Of a DNA stretch of 64,000 nt, positions 1 through 13,000 are shown piece by piece; within the stretch, counting starts at the first letter, position 1; every line of letters begins with the position of its first letter. The notes under the pieces are model-generated. The model ran no database searches. It saw nothing but the letters and a program-made list of their open reading frames with translations, and was not told the DNA's origin. Made by a program: the position numbers and the translations under genes. The DNA is from Utricularia gibba. Lineage: Eukaryota > Plantae > Magnoliophyta. The stretch covers positions 496,001 through 560,000 of the forward strand of contig NEEC01000014.1 of the NCBI GenBank assembly GCA_002189035.1. Reading direction: 5' to 3'.

Positions 1-118
1 CAATTTTCTTAAACCTTTGTTAAGTATATTGAATTTGGATGTAGCACAGAAAAAAAAAAGTACATTACTTTGGATTAAACACAAGGATTGAAGCTCCGGA
101 CAATACAATACTTGGTTC

Positions 119-591
119 TCATGGACACTTCAGCTTGTTTCCATGTGTTTTGAGTTGAGCGTAGCAGGGGCATTGAGCTTTATTACCATAGGTTCCTGAG
201 GGGACACAATTGCACTGTGCACAGCAGCTAAGGCATGCCCGGTTGCAAAGCTTGCCTCTTGATGACAAGACACATCTTTTCGAGCAAGCGAAGTTGCAAT
301 CTACACTCAAAAACTGGAAACTTTACGAAACAGGCAAGTTTATTCATTCTTTAATTTGTATAGTTTGAGTTTGAGATGGAGTCAACTAAGGAGAGAATGC
401 TCACTGATGGGACGAAATCCTCCAGATTTAGCTCTTCCTATTGCATCTTCTTCCTCAAATGCAGCTACATAAGCCTGCAAATTGCACTTGGATCATAAAA
501 AACGCCGCTACAGAAAACGAACTACCCCCTTTTCTCATACAACCTGGATTATGAAAAGAGTGGCCAGAAACAGAACCAAGAGCTTCTTCAT
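119..591 (-). CDS. GASA: GASA/Snakin cysteine-rich secreted peptide (3 exons)
   Basis: ATG at 591 gives signal peptide MKKLLVLFLATLFIIQ. Middle exon ~404-474. The last exon encodes the full 12-Cys GASA domain (CNFACSKRC...CPCYAQLKTHGNKLKCP*), stop at 119-121. Confidence 0.92.
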
Positions 592-1312
592 TGCAGTAGA
601 TGAGATGAGATTGGGAGACAACTCAACAAGCAGCTGGTTTATAAAGACAGCCCCTTGTTTAATGAAACTGACAGTGAAGAGAATGAATTACTGCTACTAC
701 TGCTGTGTGATCTGTGGATCTTGGAAATTAAAGGCACCACCCCCACAAAGTTGTTGCATTGTGGGAACCCCTGCATTATGAGGGGGATCTTTGGAAATTA
801 GTAGCGCCAGCTTTCGAGCCACAGCTGTGTTGATTCCTATGCTTTGCACAAGTCGTAGGGTCCCCTACCTCACAAACTTAATTCCCTTTTTCTTCAGTCA
901 TCCCTCTACACTCTCTGCTATTCGGTCTCATTCTCTTTGAGCACCGACACTCTAGAACACCCGAAATGTTCTATTCGATTTGTTCTCAAACCTTCCTACA
1001 GTAATAATCATTACGATGTCTCATTGTAATGTAACTGTAAACTGTCATGATGTCCAGCATAAAGCACATATGCTCTATAAAAAACCGACACTACCTTTAC
1101 TTCACAAGAAAATGAGTACATACTAATCTATGTATTTTTTGATCAGCTATATGATTAGGGTGTCAACTAATTTCTATGATGCCAAGTCGGGTTGAAGCTT
1201 GTTCCTAAAAGACAAAAACTTTCTAGAAATAAAAGCAGAGCAGTATTGTTCTGACAGAGGGAAGCATCTACTGAGATAAAGAGAAAATAAAGGTTCAATC
1301 TTTTTCTTGCTT

Positions 1313-3231
<1,919 letters not shown>

Positions 3232-3594
3232 CACTTCAACTTTGTCGGGATCAATCAAATGCTGGTTTGTGCTGGGAATAAGGAGAACGAAGAATGAGCT
3301 TGTGGGGTAGTCTGTTTTTTTGTGGTCGAAGGCCTAACTTTGCGGAGGTGGTGCAAAGTTCCTACTTTCTCTCCGGTTTGAAAATTCTGGGAAAATGGGA
3401 ATTCTTTTCCGCCACTCCTGTAGATCTGCAACTTCCAGGGGAATGAATGAATAATGCCAGGCGACTCCAAACTTAGAAGGTAAACTGTGCCTATTACCAT
3501 CAATAATACTTCACTAATTACACATTAATGTTGTATTAGTATACAATAATACACGTGTTTTTTAAATTATTTTGAGAAATAAATAATAATTACA

Positions 3595-3682
3595 TGGGCC
3601 GGGGTGGGCTGAGATAGCATGGTGACTTGCTGGTCGGGGTGGGTTTGGGCCCAATGCCCATGGCCCAGACTACAAACCCTAA
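3595..3682. promoter_or_regulatory. Site II (TGGGCY/GGCCCA) cluster plus telo-box in the CDPK/GAR1 divergent promoter
   Basis: Several TGGGCC/TGGGCT/GGCCCA motifs at 3595-3667 and AAACCCTAA at 3674-3682, just upstream of the GAR1 ATG. This pairing is typical of plant ribosome-biogenesis genes. Confidence 0.7.
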
Positions 3683-3726
3683 ACCTCTACACACCCTCTG
3701 GCACAATCTAAGTTGCCAAAGGAACG

Positions 3727-4703
3727 ATGAGGCCGCCGAGGGGTCGTGGTTTTTCCGGTGGCGGAAGGGGTGGAAGAGGTGACAGGGGTGGAGGAAGATT
3801 CGGCAGAGGCGGCGGCGGCCGGTTTGCTCCGCGTGATGAAGGACCGCCTTCCGAAGTTGTTGGTCTCTCTCTTTCGTTCGCTCCGTGAATAAACAAGTCC
3901 GACCACATTTTAGTCTCTCTAGTTTTTAACTGACTGTCTGTTACGTGCGCAGAAGTTTCGACTTTCGTTCATGCTTGTGAAGGCGATGCTGTCACAAAGC
4001 TTACGAATGAGAAAATTCCTTACTTCAATGCGCCAATATATCTCCAGAACAAGACTCAGATTGGCAAAGTAGATGAGATTTTTGGTCCAATCAATGAATC
4101 TGTGAGTTGAAGTATACTTTTTTCTTGCTTGGTTATCAAAAAGTTCGATGAAGTGTTCTTGCATCATGCTCTTTTGTTTTTGGGTTTCTTCAGTTATTTT
4201 CAGTTAAGATGATGGAGGGTATCATTGCAACGTCGTATTCTGTTGGTGACAAGTTCTTCATTGACCCGGCCAAGCTTTTACCATTGTCTAGATTCCTTCC
4301 CCAGCCCAAGTATGTACTTCGATTCTATAGAATATTTGCATCTTTATCTAATGAAACATGAATTTGGATTTCAATCGCATCATCTCTGCTATGCTCATTG
4401 CTTCCCCATACCGGATTCTTTCGCTTTATGTATCTTGTTGTAGTGATTACATAGCCTACGCGCATGGCTTGTTGTAGTGATTCTCGATGGATGCGATCTG
4501 TCTCTGTGCACCATAGCCTGAGTTCTTTTTGTGGCCATTCCTGCAGGGAAAAATCACAAGGTGGCAGAGGGGGAGGACCTGCCCGAGGAAGAGGCCGTGG
4601 CCGTGGTCCATCTCGTGGAAGGGGCGCTCCTAGAGGCGGCCCCGGAGGCTTCAGAGGCGGCCGCGGTCGTGGTGGCGGCTTTAGAGGCAGAGGAAGATTC
4701 TGA
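3727..4703 (+). CDS. GAR1: H/ACA snoRNP subunit GAR1 (4 exons)
   Basis: RGG-rich N- and C-termini flank the core [42 protein letters not shown]...LLPLSRFLP. Spliced frame is open. Confidence 0.96.
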
Positions 4704-5083
4704 AATGCTTAGATGATGGCCCCTGTTACCTGTGCAATGTTGGAATTCTTCGTTATGGGAGTGAACTCATCCATTTAGTTTCGGGTCGGGTCACAATGAC
4801 AGGAAGCAGAACCTCTGTTGGATCACGTGAGACACTCCTTAATGAGAAGATTAACGAATCAGTTATCTACTGTTGGAATTGACTGCCGGAATTCTGTTTC
4901 CTTCTTTCGCCGGCAAGCGTTTCATTTCAGGCTTTCGGCTTTCAGCCTACTCCATTGCAGCTGCATCAGAGGCGGTTTTTATTTCTTCTAATGAGAGTTA
5001 CGGCAGGCCAGTGGTTCCCATCTCGATTTCACTCGCGTACCGGAGATTTTTGGTAGTAGAAGTAGTAGATACGAGTGTTTTTC

Positions 5084-7256
5084 ATGCTGCGGCACCGCCG
5101 GCGATTCCTCTGGCGCCCGGCCATCATCGCCTTGATTCTCGCCGCCGTTTTCCTCGTAGTACTCATTCACCTTCATCGGCGGCTCTCATTCTTCAGTTCG
5201 CATCCTCAGCAGCCCCATCAACTGCCCTACGCCCATTCCGCTTCATACCACCCTCTTCTCGATGACCTCGATTCGGATCCCATCACTTCCTTCAACCCCA
5301 ACGACGATCGCATCGACGTGCGCGATAATGTCGGTTTGGATAATGGGAACAATGACGAGATCTTCCTCGAAGAAGAGGAGGAAGACGCGACCCAGAATCG
5401 GAATTCCGCCGTTACCTCCAGCTACTTCTTTGACCCACTGAACGGCGTCGTTCGTAGGTCTTTCAGACATCGATCTATCGAGGAGTGGGAAGATTATGTT
5501 CCGTTTAATGTGAAATTGGAAAGTGATTTAGGGTTTGGGAACGATGTTATCGATCCCCTTTTTGGTTCTGATGATACTTTAGTTGATGATACCCTCAGAG
5601 CGCTGTTGAATGACGTGAGGGGAGTTGAGGATGCGTTACTACTGAAGGATTCTGTGCTTAGGCAAGGATGGGGAGAATGGTTTGATAAGAAAGCTGATTA
5701 TATGAGAAGGGATCCATTGTTCAAACCGAATATTGAGACCATGAATCCTGCCTACAATCCGATTTTGCAGGATCCTGACGGAACTGGATTATCTGGATTG
5801 AGCAGAGGGGATAAGATGTATCTCAGGGGGATTCTGGATGAGCTTAAGAAAACAGCATTTGTGGGGAAGAAACCAGTGGGTGTTTCTGCTTCAGGATCTG
5901 GAAAACAGAGCAGCAAAGAAGTGAGGATAGCTAAAAGAGCATTAAGTAATGCTAGAGCCATGAAAACTAAGGTTGCAGAGAAAGAGTTCTATGCTGACGG
6001 AGATAGATGGGGATACTATCCTGGGTTGAAGAGAAATCTTCCATTTCAGAACTTCATGGATGAATTTTTCAGTAGAGAAAATTGCACTATGAGAGTTTTC
6101 ATGGTCTGGAATTCTCCACCTTGGATGTTTGGTGTTCGGCATCAGAGGGGACTGGAGAGTTTGCTGTATCATCACAGAGACGCATGCGTGGTCGTGTTCT
6201 CAGAGACAATGGAGCTCAATTTCTTCCGTGAATTTGTGAATGATGGGTAATTTTTGTTTAGTTTTTTTTTCTGCTCAAGCCATGATCATGAAGTTCTTCT
6301 GGCTTTCTTGTTCAGATACAAAGTAGCCGTGGTTATGCCAAATCTTGATGAGCTTCTGAAAGACACACCAACACATATATTTTCTTCTGTTTGGCTCGAG
6401 TGGAGGAAAACACAGCATTACCCAATTCACTTCAGCGAACTTATCAGACTTGTGTCCCTTTACAAGTAAGCGCTTGAGAATGAAAACTATTACTTCCTTG
6501 CTGTTATCTGTAAATGGCATCATCATTCCTTGCTTCAACTCGGCTGAACTTCATAGTATTTCATGCATATAGTGAAATTTGTTCGTTGGGAGTTTCCCTC
6601 ATTACTCACCACTGTCATTCAGGTATGGTGGAATTTATCTGGATTCTGATGTGATCGTTTTAAAGCCTCTGTCTTCACTGAACAATTCTATTGGATATGA
6701 GGATGGGGAAACTTTAAATGGTGCTGTGATAGCATTTAGAAGGCACAGGTACTTAGTCACTTCTACTTAAAATATTTCCATTCCTCATTGTGGGCTGCTG
6801 CAAATGTGGTCTTCATGCAGCCCCTTCATCCTGCGCTGCTTATTGGAGTTTTATGCATCATACGACGATACCGAGCTCCGGTGGAACGGAGCTGATCTCA
6901 TGACCAGGGCAGCTAGAAATTTCACAAGCAACATATCCATGTCTGACACTAAAATGGAGCTCAACCTACAACCCTCTTCTCTATTCTTCCCAATCAGTCG
7001 CCATGACATTTCCAGGTGCGCTGCCTTCTCCTAGATCACTCACTAGTATGCTTAAACCAGTACCCAAGTGACCATCTCGTCTCTCCGCAGATACTTTTCA
7101 GCACCTGGAACTGAAGCAGAAAAGGATGGGATCATCAACAGCTCAGTTACATTCCATTTCTGGAACACCTTAACCACTGCACTAGTCCCTGAGCCAGAGA
7201 GCCTTGTTTACAGGCTTATTAATCAGTACTGCATCTACTGCTCCGACACCTTGTAG
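5084..7256 (+). CDS. Alpha-1,4-glycosyltransferase family protein (GT32/Gb3-synthase-like), multi-exon
   Basis: Type II membrane N-terminus; RVFMVWNSPPWMFGVRHQRGLESLLYHH; DxD motif in YGGIYLDSD; terminal FHFWN...LVPEPESLV. Confidence 0.88.
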
Positions 7257-7355
7257 ACTTTGAAAGATTTGTAACTACAGAATTTTTATTTATCGTTAAA
7301 AGAGCAGCAAAAGTTACACTACTTTCATCAAACCAGTACAGAGTCTGGAACTTTT

Positions 7356-8487
7356 TCATGCCCATTTGGCCATGAGGGACATGAGTCCTGCCCCCAGTAA
7401 GACAGCGACAAAGCACTTAACTTGAAGCTTGATGCTTCCTTGCAGTTTTTTCCCCATGAACTCCGATGCCAGAAGATCCACTAAGGCCATGTATATCAGC
7501 AGCCCTGCAGATGAAGCGTTGAGCAACCCGGTGGTGATGAGTGCATGAGGGCTGTCTTCCCTGTAGCTGCTCGATAAGGCGATTCCTAATGCGATTCCGA
7601 ATGGTGTCGTCGCAGCGAAGAAGAACACCATCGTCGCCTTCTTAACTAAGTCGTACTCTGCCTACCATAAATCAAACTCCTGCTTTAGGGGAACGCAATT
7701 GGCAAAACCAGACATCCGAGTGCTATTTTTGGGAAAATGGGCTTGAAATTTACCTGAAGTATGCAGCCACCCAGACCCATCCCTTCGAACATTTGGTGGA
7801 AACAGAGAGCTGCAATTAGGCCTTTGATCGAGCATGTGTTTGACGACGAACCCAGGGATAATCCGATCACCACAGAGTGAACGACGATCCCTAACTCCAA
7901 GACCATGGCAATCACTCTGTACCGAAGGAGTTGTGATGCTGCTTCATCCAACCCCATACCATGGTGACCATGGTGATGGTTATCTCCCTCGGGGGATTCC
8001 CCATCTCCACCTCCGCCGCAGCCGTCTTACTGTTACGCTTATTATAAAAACTAGTTGCAATAGAGTCAATCATGAGAGTGATGATCGCCGACAGCATCGC
8101 CAAAAACCCCGTGAACGGAAACACGTGCCATGGCTTCGCCGGCAAACATGGGGACAGCAGCATCTCAAATGAATCCGGCAAAACATGCATGAACCCAGTA
8201 GCCAAAATGATCCCCGACGCGAATGCCTTCACGATTATGAACAGGGGGCGCTCTGGGCTCAGAGCCGGAACTGACCGAGTCACCAAAGGTAAGCTAACGC
8301 CGATTACACTCGCAACGAGAATCGCTGCTATGGCGATGATTTTCAGAGGTAAGGCTTGCTTTTTGTTGATACATGAGCCATGATTGGAGCCTGCGCAGTT
8401 CTCCACGACGGAGAAAACTCCGACGAAGCACTGGGAGAGGAGGAAGAATGTGATCAAGATACGCGAAAATGCAGGCATCTCCGGCAT
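7356..8487 (-). CDS. IRT1-like ZIP metal transporter, copy A (apparent 1-nt frameshift at 7991-7995)
   Basis: ZIP motifs [69 protein letters not shown]. Adding one base to the C5 run restores the frame and a His loop (HHHGHHG). Confidence 0.88.
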
Positions 8488-8518
8488 GGATGATGCGGTT
8501 GATTCGCGGCGAGGTCAG

Positions 8519-8905
8519 TTATATAGAAAGCAGAAATACACTGGGGCACCATTTTTTATGTGAAAGTCAAATTGCAAAAGGCGCGGTTCATGCTTCTACT
8601 ACTTTATTTCATGCGTGCGTGTCATTTTGTACTTTTGCAGGGGTCAAATAATAAAAAACAGAAATATCCCTGGCCTGCGTGGCGAATGTGGGGCGTGTAG
8701 GCTCGAAGCATGCATCTCACGAGCTACACCATGCCAGCTAAGCAGAACGGTGACGTGGACGGATCCACGTGTAACGTGGCCCCCATCGCCGCGCACTTTA
8801 TTCTACATATATTACACGGGGCCACGTCGCCATGACGTGTGTGTATGGGCTCCAAAGTGGGCCTACATAGTACATACATTGGTCCAATAAAGGGAGGGAT
8901 CTGTT
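8519..8905 (-). promoter_or_regulatory. Putative ZIP-A promoter: TATA plus CATGC and ACGT cluster
   Basis: CTATATAA (minus) at 8519-8526. Four CATGC and five ACGT cores, including one CACGTG, within ~330 bp. A near-identical copy lies at ~16415-16765. Confidence 0.55.
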
Positions 8906-9734
8906 TCAGGCCCATTTAGCCATGAGGGACATCCCTCCGGCACCCAGCAGGACGGCGACGAAGCACTTGACTTGAAGCTTGATGCTTCCCTGCAACCTTT
9001 TCCCCATGAAGTCCGATGCCAGAAGATCCACCAACGCCATGTAAATCAACAGCCCTGAAGAAGAGGCGTTGAGCAGGCCGGTGGTGATGAGTGCCCGCGG
9101 ACTGCTTTCCCGGTAACTGCTCGATAACGCGATCCCCAACGCGATTCCGAACGGCGTCGTCACGGAGAAGAAGAATGCCATCGTCGCCTTCTTTATCAGA
9201 CCGTACTCCGCCTGCAGTCGTAGCAGTCGAGTGACGATTGCCCCAAGGAGAAAGCCGAATTCCAGGTTTTCTGTTTGATTATTACCTGAAGGATGCAGCC
9301 ACCCAGACCCATCCCTTCGAAGAGTTGGTGGAAACAGAGGGCTGCGATGAGGCCTTTGATCGAGCACGTGTTGGACGATGCGCCCAATGATAATCCGATG
9401 ACCACAGAGTGAACGACGATCCCCAGCTCTAGAACCTATGGACACAGAGTTAACCGAACAGTGAAAATAGTCTATGGAATGAATCCTTCTACTGGGGAAT
9501 CGATTGCGCACCATGGCGATCACTCTGTACCGGAGAAGTTGGGATCCCTGGGGGTTATGCGGATTCATAGCGTGGTGAGAGTGATGCGGATTCTCCTCCG
9601 TGGAATCCCCTTTCTCCACCTCCGTTACCGCCGCGTCGCCTTTACGCATACTGTAAAGGCTGGTTGCAATAGAATCGACCATAAGCGTGATGATCGCGGA
9701 AAGCATGGCCACGAAGCCGGTGAAGGGAAATTTA

Positions 9735-10089
9735 TGATAGATATTGCATGATATGGGTGTAGGAAATATGACAGTGAAGATGTGAGAGTTTTGGAGTGTA
9801 TATCTTTCTGAAGCTCAAGATATTGTATAGAATGGCCACCATAAGCATGTGAGGGACAGTGGGCCGTGAAGTGTTGCCTTTGGACTGGACTTGCCTCATC
9901 TAATGGGCTGTAGCCCTTTGAGATGAGTAGGGCCCAGCATAATCAAGCTTACCCCTGCAGTGCGTTGCTTCTCCTTCACCGGGATTTCCTCCTCACGACA
10001 GAACTTCTCCAGATCGCCGGACTTGTTCTTCCTCTCTTGTTGATCCTTGATATCCGCTGAAGTCTCAATTTCATCCTCACGCTCTAACA
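9735..10089 (-). repeat. 3' LTR (355 bp, internally deleted)
   Basis: Matches 14786-15255 except for a missing ~125-bp block, four or more substitutions and small indels. Confidence 0.95.
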
Positions 10090-13000
10090 TTCCTCCTTGA
10101 GGTTGCAATTGAGACTTCGACGGAGCTTCAAGAGGGTGCAGTCTTAACCCTAGCAGGTCTCGGATTCTTCGGAAATCTTTTGGAAACAAGCATTTGGTAA
10201 GTATATCAGCTGCCTGATCTTCAGAGGGTATGTATTCCAATGCTATTGACCCTTCCTTCACATATTCACGAAGAATGTGATACTTGACTTTAATATGTTT
10301 GGTTTTTCCAAACATAATGGGGTTTTGGGCAATGCTAATTGCCGATTTGTTGTCGATTCTCAGGACTATTGGCCTTTGGATGGGAATTCTTAAGTCTTCA
10401 CAAATCTTGATTAACCACTGGGCGTGGTTGGCGGCAGAGGCACCTGCGATGTATTCGGCTTCTGCCGAAGACTGTGCCGTGACACTTTGTTTGCGACTAT
10501 TCCAGGCAAAGGCTCCTGATCCAAGATTGAACAAGTATCCGGTGGTGGATTTACACTCAATCTCATCCCCTGCGAAGTCTGCGTCAACAAAGCCTTGAAG
10601 TATTGGGTTAGTATTTTTCTTGTAATATAAGCCTAGATTCAATGTAGACTTAAGATATTTGAGAATACGTTTGGCAATATTCATGTGATGTGTGTGCGGT
10701 GATTGAGTGAACCTGGATAGGTAGGAGACTGGAAACGTGACATCTGGCCTGGTAGCTGTTAGGTAGTGCAAAGCTCCTATTAGCTGTTGAAATGTCAGCT
10801 TGTCGCATTCTGATTTTTCTCCGGTGTGTAGCTTTTGTCTATCATCAGGAGGGAAGGGGGCATTGGTGGGTTTAGCAACTTCCAGATGATACCTCCTGAT
10901 TAGATCTTCTGTATATTTCTTTTGGTTTAGAAATATGCCTTCTTCTAGTTGGTGAATCTCTATTCCAAGAAAATATCTCATCAGTCCTAAGTCTACCAAA
11001 TCGAATATGTTTTGCAGTAGTTTTTTCTGCTCCTTGATGAGATCTTCATTGCTTCCTATTAGGAGTATGTCATCTACGTATAACGAAATAATTACCCTGC
11101 CGCCTGGTCTGTCTAATAGGTATAGGGTTGTGTCGTTCTTGCTTCTTGAATATCCTTGTTCGATAAAAAACGAGTCAATAGTGGAGTACCATTCTTTGGG
11201 GGCCTGTTTGAGACCATAGAGGGCCTTCTTTAACTTCAATATTTTATTCTGTCCATAGGAGATTTCAAAACCAGGAGGGGTCTCTACATAGACATCATCA
11301 TGCAATTCTCCATTAAGAAATGTCGTTTTGATGTCCATATGGTAAACGTTCCAGCAGTAACTAGCAGCCATAGCAAGCAGCAATTTGATTGTGTCAAGAC
11401 GGGCAACCGGTGCGAAAGTCTCATGGTAGTCGACTCCAAATCTCTGTAGATACCCCTTAACCACCAATCTAGATTTCTTTTTGTTTTCAATGCCGTCAGG
11501 ATTTAATTTGATCTTGTGTATCCATTTGAGACCTAGTGGCTTTACATGGTCTGGCTTATCTACTGCTTCCCATACGTCGTGATCTTGTATAGACTGTAGT
11601 TCCTCTTGCATGGATTTAAACCAAAGTGGGGAGTCCATGGCTTCTTTTAGATTCCTCGGCTCTGTAGTTGTGAGGCACCTATCATAGATATTAGAGAGGC
11701 TGTCATATTTCCGGTTGCGTGGAATATCTGCACTGGTGTGCATGTCTTCGTTATCGCATGAATCAGTGCTCATGAAGTGAGGCTGATATAATTCCTTGAT
11801 GGTAGACTACTGGTTTATTTCTTTCTCAGGGTCTTCGGGAATGTCTAGGTGCTTTCTGGTTTTGATCACCGGAGGAGGTTGGGGTGAGTCATCACTGTCA
11901 AATGTATTCTCCAAGTTTTCATTGTTAAATGTATTTGAATCTGATCCCACAGGTGTAGTCAGTGGAGAGGAGGGGTCATTGTCAATTTGGATGTATTCAT
12001 CAGGCTGTTCCATAGTCTCAGTATGTGATTCAGAGAGCATCTCAAGGTGTTGATCCGTACTACTCAGCTCACGGTATTTTGTGAAGTCTACATTACCTTG
12101 TTCCGATCGAGCTTGACCTTTTTCCATGGTCTTAGGTACAGGAGGTTCAGCAAGATTTGGTGGAGAGGTCGTCCTATGGAGATTGATGTTATCTTGATCA
12201 GCTTCAATATGTGTCAGTTGTTCTAGGTGGCTGTCAGGAGGTAAGAATTCCTCCTCAACGTGTGACATAGCTCCTTTCCTTGGTTCTATTTCCGGTTGAT
12301 CTCTTGAGGTTTTTAAGGGAGTGGTTTCCAATCTATGGTCAGGAAATAAATGTAAGATATTTGAGACTTTGGATCCGGCAGTTAATAAGTTCGATTCTGA
12401 TTCCCAATTCCAGCTCTTGGTTTCATCAACTAGGACATCTCGGCTGACTTGAACCTTGTCTGTGCTGAGGTTAAGTACCCGATAAGCCTTGCTGGTCGCA
12501 CAGTACCCAAGGAATACCCCCAGGTCAGATTTGTCATCAAGTTTCGAGCGCTTTTCTTTGGGTATGAGAATGTAGCAGAGTGAACCAAAGACTTTGAGAT
12601 GGTCTAATGCAGGCGGTTTTCCAAACCGGAGTTCATATGGTGAACGTCCGAGGGCACCTTTAGAAGGAAGTCTGTTGAGGAGATAAACCGCAGTGTTGAC
12701 TGCCTCTCCCCAAAAACATAGAGGCATGTTTTTTTCTTTTAGTAAACACCGTGCCATATTCATGATGGTTCTATTTTTCCTTTCGCATATCCCATTTTGC
12801 TCTGGAGTGTAGGGGTCTGAGTATTGATGAACAATTCCATGCATTTCGCAGAGACGTTTTAGCTCTGTGGACGTATATTCTCCGCCGTTGTCTGACCTTA
12901 AGGTAAGTATTCGCCTTCCACTTTGAGCTTCAGCAACGGCTTTGAATATAGAGAAGTAATGGAGAACTTCTGATTTTTCTTTCAAGATATACACCCAAGT

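Noticed and set aside
664-682. TGACAGTGAAGAG resembling miR156
   Set aside because: Only partial similarity, with no complementary star arm nearby.
4430-4525. Possible box C/D snoRNA in GAR1 intron 3 (GTGATT...CTGA, short repeats)
   Set aside because: Box C is imperfect, there is no terminal stem, and I could not recognise an rRNA-complementary guide.
4464-4716. Overlapping ORFs at the GAR1 3' end
   Set aside because: Alternative frames of the RGG-repeat exon.
7991-7995. ZIP-A as a confirmed frameshift pseudogene
   Set aside because: It shares the -1 homopolymer signature with five other genes, so assembly error is more likely.
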